Notes: generated from the letters alone by a model not told the origin. A stretch of 64,000 nucleotides of DNA from Polyangiaceae bacterium (GCA_044376115.1 JBILLK010000028.1:64001-128000); one strand, 5' to 3'; positions 7,775 through 23,540 are shown, counted from the first letter of the stretch. Numbers and translations are program-made.

Positions 7775-8761
7775 ATGAACGCTCGCCCGCTGCTCTTCGG
7801 ATTCGTGCTCTTGCTGCAAACAGCGGGCTGCGATAGCGCGCCTGCCAAGCAGCCCGGAACGAGCTCCTCCGCTCGCCAGAGCACGGCCTCTGCAACGGCC
7901 AGCGCGACGAGTTCGCCGACCGCCCAGAGCTCGGCTGCACCCGCGCCGAAGACTGCTCCAACCTCAGCGACCGCGAAGAACCCGCCCTTCCTGTTTCAGG
8001 TCAAGAAAGGAACGGCGGTCAACTTCATCTTCGGCACCATGCATCTCGGCATCGAGCTCGAGCGCGATATCAACCCGGTAGTGCTCGATTCGCTAACGGC
8101 CTCGAGCAAAGCCGCGTTCGAGCTGGATACCGAACACATCGACCCGTTCACTGCCTCCAAGGCGATGATGCTGCCCGAAGGCAAGACGGCGAAAGACGGT
8201 CTGACCGAGGAACAATGGGCCCTGTTGAAGAACAAGGTCGCTGGCATCTTCACGCCCGAATCGGCGCTGCTGCGGATGAAGCCGTGGGCGCTCGGGGCGC
8301 TCTATATGCAGAAGCTCTTGCCCGAATCGGAGCCGATGGATCGCGTGCTTTTGATCCGCGCGCGCGAACAAAAGAAGGAGGTCTTCTTCATGGAGACGAT
8401 GCAAGAGCAGATGGAAATCCTGGAGGTCTCCTTCGATCAGAAGGTGCTGATCGACATGCTCAAAGAGCCCGCAGAGACCGAGCGGATGACGCTCGAGCTT
8501 GCTTCGGCCTACGGCAAAGGTGACCGTGAGTCCTTCGACAAGATCGCCTTCGACCCGGTCGAGATGAAGAAGCACCCGGCGATGTTCGACCTCCTGTTGT
8601 TCAAGCGGAATGACGCTTGGATCCCCAAGCTGAAGCCGCGCTTCGACGACGGCGGCGTGTTTGTCGCGGTCGGTGCGGCCCACGTTATGGGCGAACGCGG
8701 GCTGCTCAAGCAGCTCGAACAACAGGGCTTCGAGGTTTCGCGGGTCGCTCCGCGTCCGTAA
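7775..8761 (+). CDS. TraB/GumN family lipoprotein
   Basis: Lipobox TAGC, FGTMH, FE, KPW, MET..EQ, RNDAW, FVAVGAAH motifs. Confidence 0.9.
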   Translation: MNARPLLFGFVLLLQTAGCDSAPAKQPGTSSSARQSTASATASATSSPTAQSSAAPAPKTAPTSATAKNPPFLFQVKKGTAVNFIFGTMHLGIELERDINPVVLDSLTASSKAAFELDTEHIDPFTASKAMMLPEGKTAKDGLTEEQWALLKNKVAGIFTPESALLRMKPWALGALYMQKLLPESEPMDRVLLIRAREQKKEVFFMETMQEQMEILEVSFDQKVLIDMLKEPAETERMTLELASAYGKGDRESFDKIAFDPVEMKKHPAMFDLLLFKRNDAWIPKLKPRFDDGGVFVAVGAAHVMGERGLLKQLEQQGFEVSRVAPRP

Positions 8762-8779
8762 GTAGGCGAGCGCTGCGCG

Positions 8780-10675
8780 ATGGAACCGCACCCGCTCCTT
8801 CGCTACGGGCCGCTGCTCTTCGTTGGCTGCTCTTTGCTTCTGTGCAGCTGGCTTTCGAAGCGCACCTTCGCCTGGTTGAGCCGAGCGCGCGTGTGGCTGA
8901 TCGACCGCATGCGCGACGAACTCGAACCGGCGACGCGCGCTTGGCGCTCGTGTGAAGGGCAGCAGGTAACGCTGTTTGGCGTACTGGTTGCGCCGGAGGT
9001 GGAGGCGAGCTCGCTTGCCCTCGAGCACGCCGAACACGCCAAGGTCGCGCGCAGATTGCAGCCGACGTTGTCGCTCGAGGTCGACGGGGAACAGCTCGAG
9101 CTACGCGGAGCCCTCGAGGTGGCCTCCAGCGCTGATGAGCTCGCGATCGAAGAGGTGCGCTACAAGCGGCTCTATCTCGGTGACCGCCTGCATGTGCGTG
9201 GCTTTCTACGCCGCAAGAAAGGTCAGTTGTTCCTGACCGGGGACGGCGAAGAGCAGGCGCTGGTGCTCAACGAGGCCGCCATTCCGGCCTGGCGCAATCC
9301 GTTTGCTGCGCGCTCCAGCGCCCTGATGTTGACCATCCTCGTGATCTGGGGCGCCTCCAGTTTGGCGGCGCTCGCGCTCTTGCGACTTCCGCCGGCGAGC
9401 GACGCGCTGCCGGGGACCCAGCTCGACGCGTTGGTGATTGCGCATGCGGTGCCCATCGCTTCACGCAAGGCCAAAGAGAAGCTGACGCTCGAGCTCGATC
9501 GCCGCATCGGGGAGAGAGATCGTTTCAGCGATCCAACCTTGGAGCAGGTCGTGGTGCTCGCAACCACGCTCGATCCGGACCGCGGCCGCGCCACCCAACG
9601 CTTGGCCGACAGAGGCTTCCGCTCGCGCGCCGGAGCTTTTGCGCACAACTACCCGAGCGAGGTGACCTGCGCGGTGGGCCTGCAAGCGCTGGCCGAAACG
9701 CTCCACGGCGGGGCGGTGCAGAAGTTGATGGAGGTGTGCGGCAGCGTGCCGGGCGACGCCACCAACCGCGCGGCCTTCAAGATGGGGGACTTCATGCGGG
9801 CGGGCAGCCGCGAGTCGGAGTCGATCATTTCGCGCATGCCGATCGAGCCTTCGCTGGAGCCCTCGTGTGCAGCGGGTGGTTACGAGTTCCCGCCGGAGAA
9901 TCAGCCGCTCTGCCGCTTGGTTCATTCGGAGATGCGCCGCTCCTTCAAACGTCAGCTACTCGACGATCTCACGCTGCCGATCGAATTTGCGCGCCGTTGG
10001 CGGCAGGCTGTGCTGCTCGAGCTGGGCGACGCCGATGACGGCGCCTTGGCCTTCAGCCTCGAACCGCAGCGTTATTTGCAAGACCCTGTCAGCGCCGTGC
10101 TCGAACAGCCGATCGCCGTTTATGAAGAGCTGCGGGTGAGTACGCAGGCCAACCTGAAGCCGGCCACCTCGGCGTGGCTCCGTCTGGCGATGGCCGCTGA
10201 GCGCTCGGCGATGGGCCGGCACGACGACGCGCGCGTCTTGGTGGACGAGGCGTGGGGCGAACTGACGATCGGTGATGGCGCCTCCGAGAGCGAGACCGTT
10301 GCGAGCGCGCGCTGGGCCTACGCCATCGCGCTGCGGGCCGAGGACGCAGAGCGCGCCGCCTCCTTCGCCGACTTCCTGCCGAGCGATGACGCGCTGCTCA
10401 CCGTGCGCGAGCCCGAGCTGCGTTTGGCCCGCATCGAGAGCCCGAGCGACGACCTCTCGCTGTGGCTCCGCGAGGGCTTTCCGGCCTGCAGTGAGTGCAC
10501 CTTCTTCGATGAGCTCGCGCGCTTGGCGCTGCGGCGCGATCTGGCGGAGACCAGCGGAGACCTCGAGCTAGTCGCTGATATCGAGCCTATTTTGCGCCGT
10601 TTCGAGGCGGTGTGGCTCAACCGCTTGTTGGCGCTCTCGCTCAAGCTCGCCCAACCAACGTCGACTCCGCCCTGA
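8780..10675 (+). CDS. Hypothetical membrane-anchored protein
   Basis: 631 aa ORF with typical codon usage and two hydrophobic segments; no family recognised. Confidence 0.7.
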   Translation: MEPHPLLRYGPLLFVGCSLLLCSWLSKRTFAWLSRARVWLIDRMRDELEPATRAWRSCEGQQVTLFGVLVAPEVEASSLALEHAEHAKVARRLQPTLSLEVDGEQLELRGALEVASSADELAIEEVRYKRLYLGDRLHVRGFLRRKKGQLFLTGDGEEQALVLNEAAIPAWRNPFAARSSALMLTILVIWGASSLAALALLRLPPASDALPGTQLDALVIAHAVPIASRKAKEKLTLELDRRIGERDRFSDPTLEQVVVLATTLDPDRGRATQRLADRGFRSRAGAFAHNYPSEVTCAVGLQALAETLHGGAVQKLMEVCGSVPGDATNRAAFKMGDFMRAGSRESESIISRMPIEPSLEPSCAAGGYEFPPENQPLCRLVHSEMRRSFKRQLLDDLTLPIEFARRWRQAVLLELGDADDGALAFSLEPQRYLQDPVSAVLEQPIAVYEELRVSTQANLKPATSAWLRLAMAAERSAMGRHDDARVLVDEAWGELTIGDGASESETVASARWAYAIALRAEDAERAASFADFLPSDDALLTVREPELRLARIESPSDDLSLWLREGFPACSECTFFDELARLALRRDLAETSGDLELVADIEPILRRFEAVWLNRLLALSLKLAQPTSTPP

Positions 10676-10700
10676 ACGCCAACTCGAGTAGGCTCGCCCC

Positions 10701-11123
10701 ATGAACTCGAACCTTCGCGAACGGTTGCGCCGCATCGTGCGCATCTTGGTCGTGATCGCGATGGTCGCGGTGGGCATCACCCACTTCACCAACCCCGATC
10801 CCTTCGTGCGCATCATGCCGGCCTTCTTGCCGGCCAAGCTCGAGCTCGTATGGCTGAGCGGAGCGATCGAGATCGGCCTCGGCCTGATGTTGTTGCCGAA
10901 GCCAACGCGGCGGCTCGCTTCCTACGGCTTGGTCTTGCTGTTTCTCGCGGTCTTCCCCGCCAACATCAACATGGCGATCAATCAGGTTCAGCTCAATCCC
11001 GAGAGCCCGCTGCCGGTGTGGGCGATGTGGGCTCGCTTGCCGTTTCAGCTTTTGTTCATCGCCGCGGCGCTGTTCGTTGGGCGTGATGGGCTCGTCACAG
11101 AAGCCGAGAAGCAGCCGCGTTGA
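10701..11123 (+). CDS. DoxX-like membrane protein
   Basis: GITHF...IMP..LP...LSGAIEI...VFPANINMA...RLPFQ. Confidence 0.85.
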   Translation: MNSNLRERLRRIVRILVVIAMVAVGITHFTNPDPFVRIMPAFLPAKLELVWLSGAIEIGLGLMLLPKPTRRLASYGLVLLFLAVFPANINMAINQVQLNPESPLPVWAMWARLPFQLLFIAAALFVGRDGLVTEAEKQPR

Positions 11124-11163
11124 CCGTGGAGTCTTGGCGATCGACGGCCTACCATTGCCCGCG

Positions 11164-13130
<1,967 letters not shown>

Positions 13131-13131
<1 letters not shown>

Positions 13132-14402
13132 TGAAAGACCAAGTTGCAACGAACAACGAGGCGCCCAGCCTGTATAGCCCGTACCGCTTCGCGATCTGGG
13201 GCACGACCTGGCTCTCCTACCTAACCTACTATTTCGGCCGCAAAGGCCTGCCCATCGCCAAGACCAGCATCGCGGAGAACTACGGTTCGTCAGCGCTCTC
13301 CGGCGTCGATACGGGCTACCTCGCGGCCTACGCCGTTGGCCAATATCTACACGGCTTTTGGGGGGACCGGGTTGGTGCACGCTGGCTCATTTCGCTCGGC
13401 ATGGTGGGCTCGGCAGTGTGCTGCTTTGCCTTTGGTGCGTCCTCGTTAGCAGCGCTCTTCTTCGTCGCGTTCCTTGCGAATGGCTTCTTCCAAGCCACCG
13501 GTTGGCCCGGAAACGTCAAGGCGATGGCTGAATGGACCACACCGCAAAACCGCGGCTCGGTGATGGGCTTCTGGGCCTCCTGCTATCAAGTGGGCGGCAT
13601 CGTGGCGACGGTGTTCGCCACCTGGATGATGAGCCGTTGGGGTTGGCGCAGCGCCTTTTGGGGGCCAGCGCTGGTGATCCTCGCCGTTGCCGCGTTGGTC
13701 TTTCTCGTGGTGCGCAGTCCGCGATCGGTGAGCACCGCTCCAGCGAGCGAGCAGCGCAAAGAGGAGCGCGAACTCGAGCGCAGCGCACGCCGAGCCCTGC
13801 TGCGAAACCCGCGCATCTACGCGTATGGCGTCAGCTACTTCTTCATCAAGCTGATGCGCTACAGCCTGCTATTTTGGCTCCCCACGTACCTCGAGAAGGC
13901 GCTGCTCTACGACAAGTCGACGGCCGGCTATCTGTCGACTTCGTTCGAGGTCGGTGGCGTGGTCGGGACCATCGCGCTGGGTCTGCTTTCGGATCGGCTG
14001 CGCAAGCTCTCGCGCGCTGGTTGGGCCTTCGGTTCGCTGATGCTACTGCCGCTGGCGCTGCTGCTTTACCTGCGCATCGGCGGGCTCGGGCTCGGGGCGA
14101 ACTTCGTTGCCATGGCGCTGATTGGCTTCCTCTTGTTCGGGCCTGACGCCATTCTCTCGGGTGCAGCGGCGCAAGACGCAGGCGGTCCCAAGGCCGCGGC
14201 CATCGCCGCGGGCCTCGTCAACGGCATCGGTTCACTCGGCGCAGTGTTGCAAGAAGTAGTCACCAAAGGCGTGTCCCAACGTTACGGCTGGGATGCGCTG
14301 TTCGTCGTCTTCATCGCCTTTGCGCTGCTCGCCGCGGTGACGCTGCTGCCGGTTTTGCGCGAGCGCCCGGACAGCGGCGCAAGCCTCAGGCACCAGAAAT
14401 GA
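13131..14402 (+). CDS. MFS transporter, OPA (GlpT/UhpC-like) family
   Basis: YLTYYFGRK, GDRVGAR, NGFFQATGWP, RYSLLFWLP, GLVNGIGSLG; TGATG overlap with the kinase stop. Confidence 0.9.
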
Positions 14403-14943
14403 CGTTGAACTCGATCTCGTCACCACGCACTTGATAGGTCACGCTGGCTCTCCGACCCAGCGACTGAAGCAGCTCCTCTGCGCCGCGCGCCACCGAGACG
14501 ATGTCGATGGGCTCTGCCCCTTGCCAGCCGCTGAGACGCAATAGAGCTTGGCCTGGGCCCAAGAGCGAGGCCTGGAGCTTGCCCTGATCGAAGGCTTTCT
14601 CGAACAACATCGAAGCGCGCATCACGATCGCCCGATCGTCAATCATGCGACCGATCAGGATCCCCCACGGGCCGCGCAGTGCCTCGCGCACACTCTCAGC
14701 GACGACCTCACCGGCGAGCTGCAACGGGTCTAGCCCAAGCTCGGTCGCGACGGCCTTCGTTACCGACCGCGCCGAAACCTGGTTGCACCAGGAGAGAATG
14801 CCCGCCGATTCATAGTCGTCGCGCTCGGCTGCAGAGACGCGGGCGAGCGCTCGCTCGTAGCCAGCACCGGCTAAGCGACGCAGCACTTCACGCTGACGCA
14901 CGATCAAAAGGCCGCGAACGCGTGCGGCTGCTTGTGAGCTCAC
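14386..14943 (-). CDS. Hypothetical protein (myxobacterial DUF2378/V4R-like)
   Basis: Fills the gap between neighbours; RVRG start and LSW...FDQG pattern loosely resemble the family. Confidence 0.55.
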   Translation of the reverse strand: MSSQAAARVRGLLIVRQREVLRRLAGAGYERALARVSAAERDDYESAGILSWCNQVSARSVTKAVATELGLDPLQLAGEVVAESVREALRGPWGILIGRMIDDRAIVMRASMLFEKAFDQGKLQASLLGPGQALLRLSGWQGAEPIDIVSVARGAEELLQSLGRRASVTYQVRGDEIEFNVISGA

Positions 14944-14999
14944 CAGGCCGCGACGTTTAGTCGACTCGCGCTCAGGGCTCTAGCGCGAACGACGCAGCT

Positions 15000-15545
15000 T
15001 CACCGTCCCGCGAACGATCCGAGTCGTTGGGTCAGTTCGACCACCGTATTCCAGTTGCGCAGTGTCACTGGCGAGCCTGCCAGCTTGTCCAAGACCGCGG
15101 GTGTGAGCTTGGTTTTAGCGAAGCCGTTGGCGAAGTCGATCCACAGGAGCCCGTCCCGCACGGCGAGCTTCTCCTGCGTCGCCCGGGCCGCGAGCAGCGG
15201 CTCCGCCTCGGGCGCAACCGGCCGTTTCGCGAAGCCCACATGAAGCAGCTTGGCTCGCTCTAGGGCGGCGTCGGGAAACGGATTCGTGCGCGTGAGCGCG
15301 GCAAAGAAGCTGGCCTCATGCACAACCACAGGCACCGCAAAACCAAAGCTCTGCTCGAGCGCGCGCTCCAGCTCCACGGCTAACGCATCAAGCGGCGGCT
15401 CGTGATCAAACAGCAGGTTACCGCTCTGAATGTACGTTTCTATTTTGGTGCAGCCCAACGCTTCGGCGAGCTCTCGCAGCTGGGCCATCGGCACCTTCCG
15501 CTTGCCACCAACATTGATCCCACGCAACAGCGCCACGGCTCGCAT
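15000..15545 (-). CDS. DUF1697 family protein
   Basis: VALLRGINVGG, TYIQSGN, NPF, TLRNWNTV. Confidence 0.92.
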   Translation of the reverse strand: MRAVALLRGINVGGKRKVPMAQLRELAEALGCTKIETYIQSGNLLFDHEPPLDALAVELERALEQSFGFAVPVVVHEASFFAALTRTNPFPDAALERAKLLHVGFAKRPVAPEAEPLLAARATQEKLAVRDGLLWIDFANGFAKTKLTPAVLDKLAGSPVTLRNWNTVVELTQRLGSFAGR

Positions 15546-15598
15546 GGGCGCGAGCATAGCTGCTCGCACAGGGATGGATTAGCGTTGCGTAGCCGCGC

Positions 15599-16906
15599 AT
15601 GAACAGCACTGCCTACCTCTCCGGCTTCGCGAACGAGTTTGCAACGGAGGCGCGCCCCGGCGTCCTCCCCGAAGGGCGCAATTCACCGCAAAGGCCTGCG
15701 TTGGGCCTGTACGCCGAGCAGCTCTCGGGCACGGCCTTCACCGCTCCGCGCGGAGAAAACCGCCGCTCTTGGCTTTACCGTTTGCGGCCCAGCGCCGATC
15801 ATCCGCCCTTCCGTTTGCACGAGCAGCGCGGCTGGTTGAGCGGCCCGTTCGAGGGGCCGGTCTCTCCCAACCGTTTGCGTTGGAACCCGCTTCCCTTCGC
15901 TGGGGCGCCCACCGACTTCGTCAGCGGCATGTTCACCTACGGCGGCAACGGCTCACCGGCGCAACAATCGGGAGCGGCCATTCACGGTTATGTGGCAAGC
16001 CAGTCGATGACCGACGCGGCCTTCTTCAACGCCGACGGAGAGCTGTTGATCGTGCCGCAAGAAGGCGCGCTGCGCTTGGTCACCGAGTTGGGCGTGCTGC
16101 TCGTAGAGCCGTCGGAGATCGCGGTGATCCCGCGTGGAATGCGCGTGCGCGTGGAGCTGATTTCGGCTGCCGCGGAGGGTGAAGCCGCACGCCCGGCGCG
16201 CGGCTACGTGTGTGAGAACTACGGCGCGCCCTTCCGCCTGCCCGAGCTCGGTCCCATTGGCTCCAACGGGCTAGCCAACCCGCGCGATTTTCTGACGCCG
16301 TGCGCCGCCTTCGAGCAGGTGGAGCGGCCCACTTTGCTGATGCAGAAGTTCCACGGTCAGCTCTGGTCCACCACCGTGCAGCACTCACCGTTCGACGTGG
16401 TCGGGTGGCATGGCAATTACGCTCCGTACAAGTACGACCTGCGTAAATTCAACACCATCGGTACGGTCAGCTTCGATCATCCGGACCCTTCGATCTTCAC
16501 CGTGCTTACCTCGCCCACCGACACACGCGGCACCGCCAACGTGGACTTCGTGATCTTCCCACCGCGCTGGATGGTCGGAGAAAACACCTTCCGCCCACCG
16601 TGGTTCCACCGCAACGTGATGAGCGAGTTCATGGGCCTGATCCACGGCGCCTATGACGCCAAAGCCGACGGCTTCGTGCCCGGCGGTGCGTCGCTTCACA
16701 ACTGCATGAGCGCACACGGGCCGGACGTCGCCACCACCGCCAAAGCCATGGCGGCCGAGCTCGTGCCGCACAAGATCGACTCGACGTTGGCCTTCATGTT
16801 CGAGACGCGCTTGGTGATCGCCCCCACCGACCAAGCGCTCGGTAGCCAGGCCCATCAGCAAGACTATGACGCTTGTTGGCAGGGCTTTCCGAGCTCGCGG
16901 CTGTAA
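15599..16906 (+). CDS. hmgA: Homogentisate 1,2-dioxygenase
   Basis: [63 protein letters not shown]. Confidence 0.97.
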   Translation: MNSTAYLSGFANEFATEARPGVLPEGRNSPQRPALGLYAEQLSGTAFTAPRGENRRSWLYRLRPSADHPPFRLHEQRGWLSGPFEGPVSPNRLRWNPLPFAGAPTDFVSGMFTYGGNGSPAQQSGAAIHGYVASQSMTDAAFFNADGELLIVPQEGALRLVTELGVLLVEPSEIAVIPRGMRVRVELISAAAEGEAARPARGYVCENYGAPFRLPELGPIGSNGLANPRDFLTPCAAFEQVERPTLLMQKFHGQLWSTTVQHSPFDVVGWHGNYAPYKYDLRKFNTIGTVSFDHPDPSIFTVLTSPTDTRGTANVDFVIFPPRWMVGENTFRPPWFHRNVMSEFMGLIHGAYDAKADGFVPGGASLHNCMSAHGPDVATTAKAMAAELVPHKIDSTLAFMFETRLVIAPTDQALGSQAHQQDYDACWQGFPSSRL

Positions 16907-16909
16907 GCG

Positions 16910-17590
16910 ATGGAAGGGCACGGCGTCGACTTCAAGCAATCGGCAAAAGCTTTGGCCAAAGCGCTGGCCAAGGCCACCTTCGGCGCGGTGTTGAGCGGCG
17001 GCGCGGTGCTGAGCACCTTCTTCCTGCTGAACCTCGGCTTGAGCTTCGCCTTCTTTTTGCTCGGGGGCTTCGCCGGTGGGGGTCATGGCTCCTTCATCAT
17101 GTTGCCCGTGGCCGTGCTGCCCTTCGTACCGTTCGTGGCGCTCGCTTACGTCTTCACGCAGAAGCGCGCGGTGATGTCGATCGCCGCCGCAGCCCTGGAT
17201 TCGCAGTCAGAAAATCTGGGCAAACTCGGGACCCACTACCTGGGCCGCTTCCTCGAACAGCGTGATAAAGGCGAGCAAGGCGCCAAGCTGCGTGAAGGCT
17301 TCGATAAAGCCTGGTCACGCTTCTTGCGAGCGTCGGAAGCGCCTTGGCCGGTGCGCTTGGCGCTGAGTCAGCTCACCGGCCGCGTGCCGATGGGCGAGAT
17401 CGTCGCGCAGCTCGCCGAGCAGCAAACCCCAACCGAAGACGTTCCGCGTCGCGCGATGGAGCAGGTGGTTTCACGGGCGATTCAGGAGCACGTGGCGCCC
17501 TCCTGGTTAGCGACCGTGCTGCTTCTGGTCGCTAACCTGGCGTGGCTGCCGCTGTGCTTGTGGCTCGTGCAACTCTGGCTCACCCGCTGA
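16910..17590 (+). CDS. Hypothetical membrane protein
   Basis: Three hydrophobic segments; starts 3 nt after hmgA. Confidence 0.7.
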   Translation: MEGHGVDFKQSAKALAKALAKATFGAVLSGGAVLSTFFLLNLGLSFAFFLLGGFAGGGHGSFIMLPVAVLPFVPFVALAYVFTQKRAVMSIAAAALDSQSENLGKLGTHYLGRFLEQRDKGEQGAKLREGFDKAWSRFLRASEAPWPVRLALSQLTGRVPMGEIVAQLAEQQTPTEDVPRRAMEQVVSRAIQEHVAPSWLATVLLLVANLAWLPLCLWLVQLWLTR

Positions 17591-17595
17591 GCAGC

Positions 17596-19881
<2,286 letters not shown>

Positions 19882-19909
19882 GGCGCCTTTGTACGCTAAG
19901 CTCTGCGCG

Positions 19910-20614
19910 GTGTGTGGCCGATTCACGCTCACTGTGCCCGGCTTCGACGAACTTTGCGACGCGCTCGGTCTCAGGCCCGAGCCAGCCTCAGCGGCGCTTT
20001 ATCAACCGCGCTACAACATCGCGCCCAGCAACCTCACGTGGGTCCTCACCACATCGAGCGGCGCTGAGTCGACGCAGCTGAGTCGGTCGCGCTGGGGCTA
20101 CCAAGGTGCGGGCTCGGCACAGCGCGCCAAGCCGCTACGCAACGCGCGCGCCGAGCTGTTGAGGAAGGCGGTACCGTTCGAACTCGCGCTCGGGCAGCGA
20201 CGCTGCGTCGTCGTCGCCGACGGCTTTCTCGAGTGGCACGCGAAGGATGATGACCGGCGGCCGTATTGGCTTCGTCCCAGCGATCACGGCCTCATGCTGA
20301 TGGCCGGGGTGTACGCCGAGAACGAGGCCACGAGCAGCTTCGCGATCGTGACCTGCGCGGCGAACGCAGACGTGCAAGACCTTCACCCACGGATGCCTCG
20401 CCTGCTCGATCGCGGCGAGGCGATCGCTTGGCTAGAGCCAGGCTGGGCCCAGCTGCTGACTCCGCCGCCTTCCGGCCGCCTACGCAAGACCCGCGTGTCT
20501 CAACGCGTGAACGCGGTCCGAAACGATGACCCAGCCTGCTTGTTGCCTGAAGACGGCCCAGCCACCGGGACCAACCTGGAGCTGTTCGCTTCGCTCGCAC
20601 GATCGAACTCCTGA
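19910..20614 (+). CDS. SOS response-associated peptidase (SRAP/YedK/HMCES)
   Basis: GTG start gives MCGRF (catalytic Cys2); PRYNIAP, NARAE, RRC...DGFLEW, HPRMP. Confidence 0.92.
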   Translation: MCGRFTLTVPGFDELCDALGLRPEPASAALYQPRYNIAPSNLTWVLTTSSGAESTQLSRSRWGYQGAGSAQRAKPLRNARAELLRKAVPFELALGQRRCVVVADGFLEWHAKDDDRRPYWLRPSDHGLMLMAGVYAENEATSSFAIVTCAANADVQDLHPRMPRLLDRGEAIAWLEPGWAQLLTPPPSGRLRKTRVSQRVNAVRNDDPACLLPEDGPATGTNLELFASLARSNS

Positions 20615-20627
20615 GGTATAACGCCGC

Positions 20628-23540
20628 ATGGCGAACCAGAAGACCGTGCTCAGCGCGCCGCCGCGCGAAGCGGAGACGCTGTTCATCCGCGGCGCTCGCG
20701 AGCACAACCTCGCGATCGATGAGCTGACGCTGCCCAAAGGGCAGCTGGTCGTTTTCACCGGCGTTTCGGGCTCGGGCAAGTCCTCGCTCGCCTTCGACAC
20801 GATCTATGCCGAGGGCCAACGTCGCTATGTCGAGTCGCTCTCCTCCTACGCGCGGCTGTTTCTCGGTCAGCTCGAAAAGCCGAAGTACGATCAAATTCGC
20901 GGGCTGTGCCCGACGGTGGCGATCGAGCAACGCTCTGCCTCGAGCAACCCGCGCTCCACGGTCGGGACCACCACCGAGATCTATGACTACCTGCGGGTGA
21001 TGTTCGCCCGCGTTGGGGATCAGCGCTGTCACACCTGTGGGGCGCTGGCCCAAGGCACCTCCGCCGCGGCGATCGTCGAGGAGATTTTGCGGCTCCCGCT
21101 GAAGACCCGCTGCACTTTGGTGGCGACCATCGCCGAGCACCGCAAGGGCGAGTTTCAGGACGAAATGACGTCGCTCGTGCAGAGCGGGTACCGCCGATTG
21201 CGGATCGACGGCAAGGTCGAGCTGATCGAAGAGGCGGTGCCCAAGCTCGATAAGAACAAGAAGCACACGATCGAGGTGATCGTGGACCGCGTGGTGGTCA
21301 ACCCGGACGGCCGGGCCAAGCTGACCGACAGCGTCGAGGCGACGTTGAAGTTGGGCAAAGGCCGGCTGCTGGTCGAGGTGGAAGGCGCGGCTCCGCAACG
21401 CTTCTCCGAAAAGCGCGCCTGCCCCAATTGCAACATCGAGCTTCCGGAGCCCACGCCGCAGAGCCTCTCGTACAACTCGCCGCTCGGCATGTGCCCCGAT
21501 TGCAACGGCCTCGGCACCAAGCTCGAAGTGGACGCGCGAGCGATCGTGCCGAACCCCAAGCTCTCGATCGATGAGGGTGCTGTCGCGCCGTGGCGCAATG
21601 TCTCGGAGAGCTCGGGCTGGACGGCGCGCATCGTCACGGCGCTGTGCTCGAAGCTGGGCGTTGCTCGCGATGTGCCGTGGAACAAGCTCCCGCCGAAGAA
21701 GCGGGAGGCGCTGCTCTATGGCACCGGCGACCAGCGCATCGAGGTCAAGTGGGACAGCAAGAACAGCAAAGGCGCCTGGGCCATGAAGTGGGAGGGCCTA
21801 TGCAACCAGGTGCTGCGTCGCTTCGAGGCCACCGAGAGTGAGGCCATGCGCGACAAGTACCGCGGCTACCTGCACGAGGCGCCCTGCAGCAGCTGTGGCG
21901 GCTCGCGCCTGCGCGCCGAGGCGCGCAGCATCTTCCTCGGGGACAAAAGCATCGTGGACGTGTTGCGCATGTCGATCTCCACGGCGGACCGCTTCTTTCG
22001 CGGGCTCGGCCTGTCTGGCGTCAAACTGCAGATCGCCACCGAGGTGCAGAAGGAGATCCAACATCGGCTCGGCTTCCTGGTGGACGTCGGGCTCGACTAC
22101 TTGACGTTGGACCGCGCAACCGCCTCGCTCTCCGGCGGAGAGGCGCAGCGCATTCGCTTGGCGGCCCAACTCGGCAGCGAGCTCTCCGGCGTGATGTACG
22201 TGCTCGATGAGCCATCGATCGGCCTGCATCAACGCGACAACTTGCGCCTCTTGCGCACGCTGCAGAACCTGCGTGGGCTGGGCAACAGCGTGATCGTGGT
22301 CGAGCACGACGCTGACACCATCCGCGAGGCCGATCACGTGGTGGACTTCGGCCCGGGAGCCGGCAAGTTCGGTGGCAAGGTGGTCGCGCAGGGAACGCCG
22401 GCCGAGTTGATGGCCAACCCCGACTCGCTGACCGGGCGCTTCCTCGCGGGCAAAGAGAGCATCGGTACGCCCGGCGTACGGCGCAAACCAACAGGCTTCA
22501 TCACCATCACCGGCGCCACCGAGAACAACCTCAAGAACGTGAGCGTCAAGTTCCCGCTCGGCGTTTTCTGCGCGGTTACGGGGGTGAGCGGAGCCGGCAA
22601 GTCCAGCTTGGTCAACGGCATCCTCAAGCCGGCTCTCGCGCGCGAACTCAATGGCTCCCAAGACCCGGTCGGCGCGCATGAAGAGCTGAGCGGCCTCGAT
22701 GGCGTGGACAAAGTGATCGTGATCGATCAGCTGCCCATCGGCCGCACCCCGCGCTCAAACCCAGCGACCTACTCCAAGCTGTTCGACTTGATTCGCGATG
22801 TCTTCGCGCAAACCAAGGAAGCTCGCGCTTACGGCTACGCGCCCGGCCGCTTCTCCTTCAACGTGAAGGGCGGTCGCTGCGAGACTTGCGAGGGCGGTGG
22901 CATGCGTTCGATCGAGATGCACTTCCTGCCCGACGTCTTCGTCACCTGCGAGGCCTGCGGCGGCAAACGCTACAACGACGCGACGCTGCGCGTGACCTTC
23001 CGCAATCGCACCATCGCCGACGTATTGGCGCTCAGCGTGGATGAAGCGCTTGGCGTTTTCGAGAACGTCCCGGCGATTGCGCGGATCCTCGAAACGTTGA
23101 AGGAAGTTGGTCTCGGCTATGTCTCGTTGGGGCAGCCGGCGACAACCCTCTCCGGCGGTGAGGCCCAACGGGTGAAGCTCGCCAAAGAGCTCGCGCGGCG
23201 AGACACCGGGCGCACCATCTACATCTTGGATGAGCCGACCACCGGCCTGCACTTCTCCGACGTTCGCCAATTGCTCGGCGTACTCGAACGCTTGGTGGAG
23301 GCCGGCAATACGGTGCTCGTGGTCGAGCACAACCTGGAGGTGATCCGCATGGCGGACTGGCTGATCGATCTCGGGCCTGAAGGCGGCGCTGGCGGCGGTA
23401 CCATTCTGGCCGAGGGCACACCGGAACAGGTAGCCCTGGTCGAGAGCTCGCACACCGGCCAGTTTTTGAAGCCGCTGCTTGCTCCGCCCGTACTCAAGAA
23501 GGCCTCATCCAAACGACCGAAACAGGAAGCTCGACCATGA
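20628..23540 (+). CDS. uvrA: Excinuclease ABC subunit A
   Basis: GAREHNL, GVSGSGKSSLAFDTIYAEGQRRYVESLS, two LSGGEAQR signatures, zinc fingers. Confidence 0.98.
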   Translation: MANQKTVLSAPPREAETLFIRGAREHNLAIDELTLPKGQLVVFTGVSGSGKSSLAFDTIYAEGQRRYVESLSSYARLFLGQLEKPKYDQIRGLCPTVAIEQRSASSNPRSTVGTTTEIYDYLRVMFARVGDQRCHTCGALAQGTSAAAIVEEILRLPLKTRCTLVATIAEHRKGEFQDEMTSLVQSGYRRLRIDGKVELIEEAVPKLDKNKKHTIEVIVDRVVVNPDGRAKLTDSVEATLKLGKGRLLVEVEGAAPQRFSEKRACPNCNIELPEPTPQSLSYNSPLGMCPDCNGLGTKLEVDARAIVPNPKLSIDEGAVAPWRNVSESSGWTARIVTALCSKLGVARDVPWNKLPPKKREALLYGTGDQRIEVKWDSKNSKGAWAMKWEGLCNQVLRRFEATESEAMRDKYRGYLHEAPCSSCGGSRLRAEARSIFLGDKSIVDVLRMSISTADRFFRGLGLSGVKLQIATEVQKEIQHRLGFLVDVGLDYLTLDRATASLSGGEAQRIRLAAQLGSELSGVMYVLDEPSIGLHQRDNLRLLRTLQNLRGLGNSVIVVEHDADTIREADHVVDFGPGAGKFGGKVVAQGTPAELMANPDSLTGRFLAGKESIGTPGVRRKPTGFITITGATENNLKNVSVKFPLGVFCAVTGVSGAGKSSLVNGILKPALARELNGSQDPVGAHEELSGLDGVDKVIVIDQLPIGRTPRSNPATYSKLFDLIRDVFAQTKEARAYGYAPGRFSFNVKGGRCETCEGGGMRSIEMHFLPDVFVTCEACGGKRYNDATLRVTFRNRTIADVLALSVDEALGVFENVPAIARILETLKEVGLGYVSLGQPATTLSGGEAQRVKLAKELARRDTGRTIYILDEPTTGLHFSDVRQLLGVLERLVEAGNTVLVVEHNLEVIRMADWLIDLGPEGGAGGGTILAEGTPEQVALVESSHTGQFLKPLLAPPVLKKASSKRPKQEARP

